Shown here: piece by piece, positions 7,952 to 16,797 of the stretch
Position numbering within the stretch: position 1 is the first letter of the stretch
How the letters are laid out: each line of letters begins with the position of its first letter
Assembly (NCBI GenBank): GCA_016839815.1
Contig: JAEOTM010000080.1
Span: 1-26,327 of the forward strand
Direction of reading: 5' to 3'
Source: Candidatus Hodarchaeota archaeon
Lineage (GTDB): Archaea > Asgardarchaeota > Heimdallarchaeia > Hodarchaeales > Hodarchaeaceae
DNA length: 26,327 nucleotides
Made by a program: the position numbers and the translations under genes
The notes under the pieces: generated by a model
What the model saw: the letters and a program-made list of their open reading frames with translations, nothing else
What the model was told of the DNA's origin: nothing
The model's database searches: none

Positions 7952-8605
7952 TTGATTCAAAGAAGAAATTACGGGAAGATCGCGATTCAGGAAGAAGATG
8001 TACTTAATTATCTTCAATCTAATAAGAAATCATCATCAAAATCTAATGCAAAGGTGTTCTCCTCTGATATCAAAATTCGAATAGGGGAGTTAAAAAACAT
8101 CGCTATCGACCTTTTTCAACCAAAAGGAATTTTCTACATATTTAAACAGAACGAACTTCCATTTCGTGAATGTTTTGCTGAAGCAGAAAGGGTAGCGCTT
8201 GCTATTGTAACTATAGGAGCTTCTTTACCATTTGAGGTGAGTCGATTAATGAATTCAGGGGAGTACGTTGATGGAGTAGTACTAGATGCCTTTGGTTCGG
8301 CTGGAGTAGAACGAGTAGCTGATAAAATGAACGATGAGATCAACGAAGTAGTTAGAAGCCGGAAACTTGATTATTCGAAAAGATTTAGTCCAGGTTACTG
8401 CAGTTGGAGTGTAAAGGATCAGAAGATAATTTTTGATCGCTTACCTGCTGAAGAAATTGGAGTATCATTGTCAGATGGATACATGATGCATCCAATAAAA
8501 TCTGTGTCTTTTGCAATCAATATCGGGAGTCAGATAAAAAAATCAAAATGGGAATCACGATGTAAAACATGTGAAGATCGTGGCCAATGTACATATCGGA
8601 TGTAG
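7952..8605 (+). CDS. Standalone methionine synthase AdoMet-dependent reactivation domain protein
   Basis: IVTIG, LDAFGSAGVE, RFSPGYC, IGVSLSDGYMMHPIKSVS; C-terminal CxxC-x5-C-x-YR. TTG start. Confidence 0.88.
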   Translation: MIQRRNYGKIAIQEEDVLNYLQSNKKSSSKSNAKVFSSDIKIRIGELKNIAIDLFQPKGIFYIFKQNELPFRECFAEAERVALAIVTIGASLPFEVSRLMNSGEYVDGVVLDAFGSAGVERVADKMNDEINEVVRSRKLDYSKRFSPGYCSWSVKDQKIIFDRLPAEEIGVSLSDGYMMHPIKSVSFAINIGSQIKKSKWESRCKTCEDRGQCTYRM

Positions 8606-8773
8606 TAAAAAAGCATTAACCAAGTCCATCGGTACATTTAAAGCTACAACGTCCTCAAGGGTGTTCTAGACCTACTCTAAAGTATAATTATTAATAACGA
8701 TTTATCTTTAAGTTGAAAGAATCAACCGTAATGACCATACTAGATAAGCTTAATTCTTTCCTAGGTGAAATCA

Positions 8774-10387
8774 GTGGATGCTAATGATCCGTTAGAAACT
8801 AGGTGTGATATTTTAATCATTGGGTCGGGGATTGCAGGATTATCGATGGCACTTAAGGTAGCTAACATAGGTAAAGTTATCGTACTGACAAAAACGAGCC
8901 TTAAAGAATGCGCTACCATATTAGCGCAAGCAGGTATAAGTGCAGCATTGTCTACTGATGATTCATTTGAGATTCATTATCAGGATACGCTTAATGTCGG
9001 GGATGGACTCTGTCATCCTGATGTGGTAAAAAAAATTGTATCAGCTGGTCCAGCACGGATTGGAGAACTGGTAAAATGGGGTGTTCAATTTTCCAAGAGT
9101 GATCCAGACCATTATGATTTAGGGCTAGAAGCTGGCCATTCTCACCGTCGAGTTGTTCACTCCAAGGATATAACTGGCGCTGATATTCAAGAAACTTTAA
9201 TAAATCGAATTTTGGAAGACTCTCGAATTACAGTCCTTGAGAATCATATTGCTCTCAATCTAAAGGTTCGCGCAGGTCGATGTCGTGGAGCTTATGTCCT
9301 CGATAAGTACAAAGACATTGTCAAAAATTTCTCCGCAAAAGTTACAGTACTTGCTACAGGAGGTCTAGGTAAAGCGTTCCTTTATACGAGCAATCCTGAT
9401 ATCTCGAGTGGGGACGGAATTGCAATGGCGTACCGTGCTGGAGCTACAATCATGAATATGGAATTTATCCAATTCCATCCTACCTTACTCTATCATCCCC
9501 ATGCAAAGTCTTTTTTAATTTCAGAGGCTTTAAGAGGAGAAGGAGCAAAATTAATTGACGAGGAGGGTACTCGGTTTATGAAGAATTATGACTCGCGAAT
9601 GGAATTAGCTCCTCGTGATGTTGTTGCACGGGCTATAGATTCGGAGCTTAAACGCTCTGGGAATGATTGTCTATTCTTAGATATTTCTTTTAAAGATCCT
9701 GAATTTATTAAGGGTAGATTTCCTGGGATTCATGCAAAATGCTTGGAACTGGGTATGGATATCACTAAAACACCAATTCCAATCGTTCCTGCTGCACATT
9801 ACGCTATTGGAGGAGTAAAAGCTTCTGTTTCAGGCATTACTGATATTCCTGGATTACTTGCCATTGGAGAAACGGCATGTACTGGTTTCCATGGAGCTAA
9901 TCGTCTTGCTTCAAATTCATTACTAGAATCTAGTGTAATGGCACATTTTGCTGCAAGAGAATGTCGAAATCTTATTGAAAAAGGACCTCCAATTTGTACC
10001 TTTTCTCCTTGGCATTCTGGTGATGCTGTTGACAGTGATGAATCAGTTGTTGTTTCCCAGAATTGGATGGAACTTCGGCTTCTCATGTGGAATTACGTCG
10101 GAGTGGTTAGATCCGATAAACGTTTTCGTCGTGCTCAACAAAGAATTCACCTTTTACAGGATGAAATTAACCAATATTATTGGAATTTTCATATTACATC
10201 AGATTTGATTGAACTACGGAATTTAGCCGAAATTGCACAAATGATCATAGATGCAGGCTTTCATCGAAAGGAAAGTCGTGGTGTTCATTATACAATTGAT
10301 TATCCTAAGAAAAGAAAAACAACTAAAGATACTTTACTCCGAAAATCAGTTCGAAGTGAAATTTTAGATTCTTCCAAGTGTGAGTAA
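8774..10387 (+). CDS. nadB: L-aspartate oxidase (NAD biosynthesis)
   Basis: IGSGIAG, AQAGI, EAGHSHRRVVH, QFHPT, LISEALRGEG, ELAPRDVVARAI, PAAHY, GFHGANRLASNSLLE, ESRGVHY. GTG 8774 follows an AGGTGA SD motif; the ORF track start at 8765 is also possible. Confidence 0.93.
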   Translation: MDANDPLETRCDILIIGSGIAGLSMALKVANIGKVIVLTKTSLKECATILAQAGISAALSTDDSFEIHYQDTLNVGDGLCHPDVVKKIVSAGPARIGELVKWGVQFSKSDPDHYDLGLEAGHSHRRVVHSKDITGADIQETLINRILEDSRITVLENHIALNLKVRAGRCRGAYVLDKYKDIVKNFSAKVTVLATGGLGKAFLYTSNPDISSGDGIAMAYRAGATIMNMEFIQFHPTLLYHPHAKSFLISEALRGEGAKLIDEEGTRFMKNYDSRMELAPRDVVARAIDSELKRSGNDCLFLDISFKDPEFIKGRFPGIHAKCLELGMDITKTPIPIVPAAHYAIGGVKASVSGITDIPGLLAIGETACTGFHGANRLASNSLLESSVMAHFAARECRNLIEKGPPICTFSPWHSGDAVDSDESVVVSQNWMELRLLMWNYVGVVRSDKRFRRAQQRIHLLQDEINQYYWNFHITSDLIELRNLAEIAQMIIDAGFHRKESRGVHYTIDYPKKRKTTKDTLLRKSVRSEILDSSKCE

Positions 10388-10590
10388 CTGTTTTCTTATA
10401 GAGATAGTAGAAATTTGTCTTCATATTGCTGAAGTAGTGAAATCTTAGCTACTAAAGAAATAAAAAACCCTACTCCCCTCATAGAATTTGAAGATCATTC
10501 TGAAGAGAGAGATTTATATTCCCACAAAATTATCATCTGTTCTTTTAAGGGTCTTTACAGCGATATTTCAATGAAAGGATAGAACTCAAT

Positions 10591-10758
10591 ATGTCAATGG
10601 AAGAATTACTAACCCTAGAGATTTATCCAGAACTTGTCAAACCATGGGATTGTCCTTGCCTGATTTGTGATCATCTAGAACGATGTGGGGTAGGTCAGGA
10701 ATTTAACCCCATCGGATGTCCTTGGTTAAACAATTATATATCCTTATTGCTAGAATAA
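10591..10758 (+). CDS. 55-aa Cys-rich protein resembling the RPC34/TFE-beta C-terminal 4Fe-4S domain (absent from the ORF track)
   Basis: Manual translation: MSMEELLTLEIYPELVKPWDCPCLICDHLERCGVGQEFNPIGCPWLNNYISLLLE*; pattern P-C-x2-C-x5-C-x7-P-x2-C. Confidence 0.8.
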   Translation: MSMEELLTLEIYPELVKPWDCPCLICDHLERCGVGQEFNPIGCPWLNNYISLLLE

Positions 10759-10811
10759 AATCGAATTCTAGAAAAGGGAGTTATCTTCGTAAAATCTTAT
10801 CATTTTAACAT

Positions 10812-11651
10812 TTAGTATTCTGCCAAAGTACCACGTTTTCTTGCATGAGTGACGGTTCTTCGAAAGAAACTTATACCCACAAATGGTAATATACACGCGA
10901 AAAAAGCTACAATTCCGAATTCTAGTTCATAGGATAAAAGTTCAGGTGCTGTACCAATCATTGTCGAACGAAACAGATCGACACAATACGAGAGAGGAAT
11001 TAATCGTGATATTATCAAAACTATATCAGGTAGAGCAGAAAAAGGAAAAAACATTGCACATACTATCATAAAAGCAAATTGCAGGAAATTTGTGAGGGTA
11101 TTCATTGATTCTTTGTATTGCAATGCTAGTCCTGCAAAACCAAAAGAGAATCCAAAACAGACAAATAAGCTTAGAATAAGAACAATCATTCCTAACAATA
11201 CATTTTGAACTGGTAATTGACCGAAGACTAGGGACATGAAGAGAAAAGCAATAATTACGTTTAGACTTGTCCAAATCACGTTTGAAAGTATTCGTGAGAC
11301 GAGTGTGGAGAAATAGCTAATCGGAGACATAAATAATGATTCTAGAGTACCTTGATATTGTTCTTCACGAAGAGAATTCCCAATATCCCAAAGTGCAGTA
11401 GAGAAGAACATGAAAAGGATAAATGAATAGAACATAATTCCTGCACCATAACTTTCCTTATCAGGTGGAGCGAGCACCATTGCAGCTGCTGTAAAAACAA
11501 ACATGATTACCATAACTTGAACAAAGCTTAATATGAATGAAAACTTATAGCGAGTTAGAACAATGAATTCCTTTCGGGTCATGGCGATAAACTGTCTCCA
11601 CCAAGACTTTGTTCCGTGTATGCGAACTTCTTCATGTGTAGCAAGTACCAT
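10812..11651 (-). CDS. ABC-2 type exporter permease
   Basis: Six predicted TM segments; EEQYQGTLESLFMSP; FFPFSALP...IPLSY. Confidence 0.9.
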   Translation of the reverse strand: MVLATHEEVRIHGTKSWWRQFIAMTRKEFIVLTRYKFSFILSFVQVMVIMFVFTAAAMVLAPPDKESYGAGIMFYSFILFMFFSTALWDIGNSLREEQYQGTLESLFMSPISYFSTLVSRILSNVIWTSLNVIIAFLFMSLVFGQLPVQNVLLGMIVLILSLFVCFGFSFGFAGLALQYKESMNTLTNFLQFAFMIVCAMFFPFSALPDIVLIISRLIPLSYCVDLFRSTMIGTAPELLSYELEFGIVAFFACILPFVGISFFRRTVTHARKRGTLAEY

Positions 11652-11662
11652 TGTTCTATCTC

Positions 11663-12532
11663 CTAAAATTGTCCAATACCTTCAGCTTTTTTGCTTCGTG
11701 ATTCGGTTCTAGAGAATATTACATAGCCTATCAAGGGACAGGTTAAAGCAAATACAAACAGAACGCCTAAATGAACATAGATATTCACAAAAAACCAGTC
11801 CAATCCCATAAGGGCAGCTTGGATATTATAATTGAGCCAAAATCCAGGAAAGAGGTAAGCCATAATTCGGAAAGTGAATGGTAGGACGGTAATTGGAAAA
11901 AACACTCCCATAAATGCGCCTATTATCCATTGTAGTGTACTTAGCAAGCTATTTGCTTGTTTTACCTTCAAGACGAGTGCTCCTAATAAAAATGATAATC
12001 CATAGATTGGAATTAGGCCAAATAGGAGAATGACGAGTGCTAGGAGGACTTGGCCTTGAATGGGATTAATAGAGAATAATAGACAACCAAACAAATACCC
12101 TCCCAGAAAGGTTATTATTGATCTGATTTGTACATAGAGAGTAAGACCGATTAAAATTGAGATCTGGTGAGCTGGGGACATAAATAATGCCTCTAAAGTA
12201 CCTAGAGTTTGCTCTCGTCTAATGAAAAATCCAAATAACCATAAAGAGGTAGTAACTGTGGCGAATACATTCGCGCCTATGATGATAAATGCAACGTAAT
12301 TTGCACCTATTAATCCCGTATTCTGTTCAAAATTTGCAGACGCAGCAGAAATTGAACCAGATAATGCTTGCCCTAAAAGAATTGGCATAGCAGCTAGCAG
12401 TACAGGAGTCAATATATCCATAAATAGCATCCCTTTATACCGAGAAATGGTTTTTATTCGGACTACAAAGGTTCCCCATATGACACCCCAGTGTCCTCTC
12501 AACGTTAATGCCTGAACTGGAGCATACATCAC
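11663..12532 (-). CDS. ABC-2 type exporter permease
   Basis: REQTLGTLEALFMSP; GVFFPITVLP; hydrophobic multi-TM; overlaps the ATPase stop codon. Confidence 0.9.
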   Translation of the reverse strand: MMYAPVQALTLRGHWGVIWGTFVVRIKTISRYKGMLFMDILTPVLLAAMPILLGQALSGSISAASANFEQNTGLIGANYVAFIIIGANVFATVTTSLWLFGFFIRREQTLGTLEALFMSPAHQISILIGLTLYVQIRSIITFLGGYLFGCLLFSINPIQGQVLLALVILLFGLIPIYGLSFLLGALVLKVKQANSLLSTLQWIIGAFMGVFFPITVLPFTFRIMAYLFPGFWLNYNIQAALMGLDWFFVNIYVHLGVLFVFALTCPLIGYVIFSRTESRSKKAEGIGQF

Positions 12533-13587
12533 TTATCGCTTCCTAATTTTGCTTTAACGACCTGGCTTGTATCATCCATTAATGAGCGCCCAGTAATATT
12601 AACAAAAACGTCTTCAAGTGTGGTTTCTTTTTTATCAATATTTCGGATTATTGCTCCATTCGTCGTCAAAGTTGCTATAATCTCTGGTAAATTTTGATGA
12701 CTATTCTCACAAGTAATATTGAGATAGGGATGTTTCTCTGTGGATCCATTACTACTCTGTTTAACTAGCATTTGAGCTGATAATACCCCTGGAGTTGTAT
12801 TTAATGCCGTTTGAGCGTATTCGGGGATGGTTCCTTCTATAGAAAGAATATCATTTTCTTGTAGACCTTGTTTCAAGTCCATCGGATCATCGAGAGCAAT
12901 TATTTCTCCATGGTCTATTATCCCTACTCTGGCACATAATTCTTCTGCCTCGTGCATAAGATGGGTACAATAGATTATTGTTTTATTATAATCTTCATTT
13001 TGCTCTCTCACTATTTTTCGTAAGCGACGAGCTTCTTTTACATCCAATGTGTTTGTAGGTTCATCTAGCATAAGTATAGGGGCATCATTAATAAGAGCAC
13101 GAGCAAAAACCATTTTCATTTTTTGTCCAGAAGAATAAGTTTCAACCGTCCGATCAGCAATTTTTTCTAATTCCAGTAAATCGATGAGCGATTTAATCCG
13201 TTCTTTTCTAGTAATTTTTGGTACATGATAAAGTGCACCAAAGTACTCTAAATTTTCTCGGCCAGTTAGTTTCCAGTATAATCCTCGTTCTCCCATCAAC
13301 ATCGCACCTATTGAGGATTTAATTTCTTTATCCTCGTCCAAGCTGTAGCCATTAACCTTTGCGATGCCTGAGGTTGGGAGTAATAGAGTTGTTAGTATTT
13401 TAATGAGTGTTGTTTTTCCTGCTCCATTTGGACCGAGTAAACCAAATACTTCTCCTTGATCTACATCGAAAGTAACTCCTTTTAGTGCCTTTACTACATT
13501 TTTCTCGGTTTTGAATATCCCCAAACGCTTTTTTGATGTATAATGCTTCGTTAGCTCTCTTACTTCAATCATTTTATTGGTTACCAT
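12529..13587 (-). CDS. ABC exporter ATP-binding protein (DrrA/NodI-like, with a C-terminal accessory domain)
   Basis: Walker A GPNGAGKTT, signature YSSGQK, Walker B MLDEPT, H-loop THLMHEAE, C-terminal TLEDVF. Confidence 0.95.
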   Translation of the reverse strand: MVTNKMIEVRELTKHYTSKKRLGIFKTEKNVVKALKGVTFDVDQGEVFGLLGPNGAGKTTLIKILTTLLLPTSGIAKVNGYSLDEDKEIKSSIGAMLMGERGLYWKLTGRENLEYFGALYHVPKITRKERIKSLIDLLELEKIADRTVETYSSGQKMKMVFARALINDAPILMLDEPTNTLDVKEARRLRKIVREQNEDYNKTIIYCTHLMHEAEELCARVGIIDHGEIIALDDPMDLKQGLQENDILSIEGTIPEYAQTALNTTPGVLSAQMLVKQSSNGSTEKHPYLNITCENSHQNLPEIIATLTTNGAIIRNIDKKETTLEDVFVNITGRSLMDDTSQVVKAKLGSDK

Positions 13588-13847
13588 GAATTTGATCCAC
13601 TCTTAGTTAGTGTAAGTCACATACATTTTTGTTTATAAGAGGTATTTTTACGGCAACGAATACAGGTAAATTACGGTCCTTATTGTCCCAAAACATATAC
13701 ATTGAGTACGAATGTAGTAGTACGAATATTTTTAACTCTCTATACCATTGAAGTACGTGTAGATACCAAATTAAATTTCCAAACAATAGTTCCAAATAAA
13801 AAATCAAGCTAGAAAGTGTTTTTTGACTATAGAGGAGAATTTTTTTA

Positions 13848-14528
13848 GTGGTCCAACCATTAATCTGGGTAGATGGAATTATCGGAGCAGGTAAAACAAC
13901 AGCTGCTCAAGAAATAGGAAATTCATTAGGTCTAAGGGTTTTTAAAGAACCGTTGAATGAAGATTTGCTCAAAATCTATTACGAAAATCAGACAGAATGG
14001 GGATTTTCATTCCAAATTGACATGTTAAATAAGCGATTTGCTGTTCAATCGGAAGCGGCTTATATCGCTCATTACCAGAGAGGAGTAATAATTGACCGAG
14101 CATTACCTGGAGATCGAGTTTTTGCTCAAATGCTGATGAAAGATAGAAAAATTAATTCAATAAACTGGGAAATCTATGAATATGCCTACAATATGTTTAT
14201 AGAGACTATTAAACCACCAAATCTGTTGATTTTTTTAGATGTTACTCCTAAAGTAGCTTTGCAACGAATAAAGAATAGAAATCGTGAAGCGGAACAATCT
14301 TCATTACTTCCACTTTCATATTTACAACGTCTACACTTAGAATACCGAACTTTACTCTTGCAGCTAGTGAAAGGGCAACATCCCTGGAGTTCGCACATGG
14401 AAATCTGGCTTATTGACTGGAATGAGGACTGGCAATCCTTGAAACCGATAATTGAAAATATAAAAATTCATTTTCGAATATTAGATTTCTTTTATCAAGA
14501 ACAGAAAGAAACACTATTAGTCTACTAG
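13848..14528 (+). CDS. Deoxynucleoside kinase (dNK family)
   Basis: VDGIIGAGKTT, FKEP, FSFQI, IDRALPGDRVFA, lid RIKNRNREAE. Confidence 0.9.
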   Translation: MVQPLIWVDGIIGAGKTTAAQEIGNSLGLRVFKEPLNEDLLKIYYENQTEWGFSFQIDMLNKRFAVQSEAAYIAHYQRGVIIDRALPGDRVFAQMLMKDRKINSINWEIYEYAYNMFIETIKPPNLLIFLDVTPKVALQRIKNRNREAEQSSLLPLSYLQRLHLEYRTLLLQLVKGQHPWSSHMEIWLIDWNEDWQSLKPIIENIKIHFRILDFFYQEQKETLLVY

Positions 14529-14539
14529 ATTCAAAGTGA

Positions 14540-14573
14540 AAAAAGAAAGGAGAACTGAGAGTTCTATCTTTTT
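14540..14573. terminator. Putative bidirectional terminator between the convergent dNK and thiolase genes
   Basis: AGAACT-gag-AGTTCT hairpin (14551-14565) flanked by an A-tract on the left and a T-tract on the right. Confidence 0.5.
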
Positions 14574-14579
14574 ATTTTC

Positions 14580-15758
14580 TTACTTCCTTTCAATAATCAT
14601 GGTCGTCGCTTCTCCACCACCAAGACAAAGAGTTGTTAATCCCTTCTTGCCTTTACGCTTTACCAGTTCGTGGTAGAGTGTGACCAAAATACGAGTACCT
14701 GAGCAACCTAATGGATGTCCAAGGGCTACAGCCCCTCCATTCACATTGAATTTCTCGTCTGGAATATTGAGTTCATTTCTGACTGCACAGCTCGCCGCTG
14801 CAAATGCTTCGTTATGTTCAATCAAATCAAAATTATTGATTGTTTGATTTGTTTTTGCTAGAAGTTGCTTTACTCCTTCAATTGGTGCTTCCATAACCCA
14901 TTCAGGTTTAGTTGCGTTCGTCCCATATGCAGAAATATAAGCGAGAATCGGTATACCTTTTTCTTTAGCTAGTTCCTCTGACATAACAACAACTGCTGCT
15001 GCACCGTCAGATATTTGGGAGGCATTCCCGGCAGTTACTTTGCCTGTTTTCGAAAAAGCAGGCTTTAATTTTGCTAATGCCTCTATTGTTGTATTTGGTC
15101 TAATACCTTCATCCTCTTTGATTGTTAGAGTCTTCTTACGTAATTTTACTTCAACAGGAACTATTTCATCTTTAAATCTTCCATCTTGGGTTGCTTTATG
15201 AGCGCGTTGATGAGACTGAAGAGCAAATTCGTCCATTTCCTTACGACTGATTTTGTATCTCTTCGCAACGATGTCACCTGTATTCCCCATAGCCATATCA
15301 TGGTATATATCATAGAGACCATCATGATACATGGCATCTATGAGCTGGTTGTTCCCGTATCGATATCCCTGTCTGCCCTTTAAGAGCAAATAAGGAGCCA
15401 TTGACATATTTTCGGTACCACCTGCTATAACAGTGCCCATATCTCCCGCTTTGATCATTTGAGCAGCCCAAATAATTGAAGCCATCCCTGAGCCACAGAC
15501 TTTGTTTATAGTAATAGCACCAGTTGAAACTGGAAGGTCTGCATATATTGTCGCTTGTCGAGCGGTATTTTGTGCACATCCTGCAGATATAACTTGTCCC
15601 ATAATGACATGATCGATATCTTTCCCTTCAAGAGTCGATCGTTTGACAGCTTCTTTGACTACTACCGATCCTAAGTTCGCGGCTGAAAAATTAGCGAATG
15701 CACCCATCATTTTCCCCATAGGAGTTCTTGCTAAGCTTACAATTACTGGTTTATTCAA
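14580..15758 (-). CDS. Acetyl-CoA C-acetyltransferase (thiolase)
   Basis: RTPMG, catalytic Cys in [50 protein letters not shown] start preceded by GAGGT. Confidence 0.95.
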   Translation of the reverse strand: MNKPVIVSLARTPMGKMMGAFANFSAANLGSVVVKEAVKRSTLEGKDIDHVIMGQVISAGCAQNTARQATIYADLPVSTGAITINKVCGSGMASIIWAAQMIKAGDMGTVIAGGTENMSMAPYLLLKGRQGYRYGNNQLIDAMYHDGLYDIYHDMAMGNTGDIVAKRYKISRKEMDEFALQSHQRAHKATQDGRFKDEIVPVEVKLRKKTLTIKEDEGIRPNTTIEALAKLKPAFSKTGKVTAGNASQISDGAAAVVVMSEELAKEKGIPILAYISAYGTNATKPEWVMEAPIEGVKQLLAKTNQTINNFDLIEHNEAFAAASCAVRNELNIPDEKFNVNGGAVALGHPLGCSGTRILVTLYHELVKRKGKKGLTTLCLGGGEATTMIIERK

Positions 15759-16104
15759 CGTGTAGACCTCATTTCTGTATAATAGGGTGGGATTTTCTCT
15801 AGATTTTATTTATTGCTAGAAATTCTACTTTCTAGATTCTCTCTTTTCATAATTGGGTGACAAGGTGGGAATTTATTTTTAACTAAGTTTTAACTATTTG
15901 ATTCACATAATAATGAAATACATTAACAATACGCTAATTTCAATCCCGCTCCCTAGAGTGACTCTGGTTACGATTGATTTATAAAGGAGTGTGTCTGTAA
16001 AACTTTTCAAGTATCCTAAACAATGTACTCTGAAATTAATTCGTAACCATGTATAAACAAGTAAAGAGGCTGGGATAAAACAACAGTTTGGGAAAAAAAG
16101 GAAA

Positions 16105-16797
16105 ATGAGACCAGGAGCAACGTCACGTCGAAAACAACCCATCTCAGGCACAAAAATACGTGCTAAGATTGTTCTAATTGGAGACGGAGGAGTTGGAAAA
16201 ACAGCCCTTCGACGTGCATGGTTAGGAGAAGGATTTAAAACAGAGTATCTTATGACTATTGGTGCTGATTTCGCATCCCAAGAAGTTACCTACTATCATT
16301 CCCCTACAAAAACTACTTATGATATCAAATTTCAAGTATGGGATTTAGCAGGTCAACCAAGATTTAAAGCAGTACGAGATCTTTATTATCGGGGTGCTGT
16401 TGGAGCGTTATGCTTTTTTGACGTTACAAACCAGGAATCTTACATGAATCTCGTAGAATGGATCCAGAGTTATTGGAATTTAAACGGGATTGGGAAGAGT
16501 CCACTACTAATCGTCGGTTCTAAATGTGATCTTCGGGATAATCCTGCCTTCCCGCAACAAGTATCCGCACATTATGGAAAGGAATATGCTGCCGAGTTAT
16601 CTAAACTACTGAAAGAAAAATTAGGCTTCTCTGTGCATTATATTGAAACCTCAGCAAAAGAACGAATAAATATTGATAATGCATTCAAAATCTTAGCAGG
16701 TGAAATCATTTCTAGTTATTCATTTCAGGAAAAAAAAAGGAATGATAAATCCACAAGTCAAAAAAAAATGATCTCTGACCAAATTCGCTCTCATTAA
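16105..16797 (+). CDS. Rab-like small GTPase (eukaryotic signature protein)
   Basis: G1 GDGGVGKT, G2 TIG, G3 WDLAGQ, G4 GSKCD, G5 ETSAK; RabF-like motifs IGADF, KFQVW, RFKAV, YYRGA. Confidence 0.93.
   Translation: MRPGATSRRKQPISGTKIRAKIVLIGDGGVGKTALRRAWLGEGFKTEYLMTIGADFASQEVTYYHSPTKTTYDIKFQVWDLAGQPRFKAVRDLYYRGAVGALCFFDVTNQESYMNLVEWIQSYWNLNGIGKSPLLIVGSKCDLRDNPAFPQQVSAHYGKEYAAELSKLLKEKLGFSVHYIETSAKERINIDNAFKILAGEIISSYSFQEKKRNDKSTSQKKMISDQIRSH

Noticed and set aside
13607-13807. 66-aa minus-strand ORF upstream of the ABC ATPase
   Set aside because: Occupies a divergent promoter region rich in repeats; the translation looks like AT-rich non-coding DNA.
15903-16151. 82-aa minus-strand ORF
   Set aside because: Overlaps the Rab start and its putative TATA box; no motifs.
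16730-16768. Two A9 tracts in the Rab 3' end as phase-variation or frameshift sites
   Set aside because: Poly-Lys codons are expected in AT-rich DNA, and I saw no prenylation motif arising in the shifted frames.
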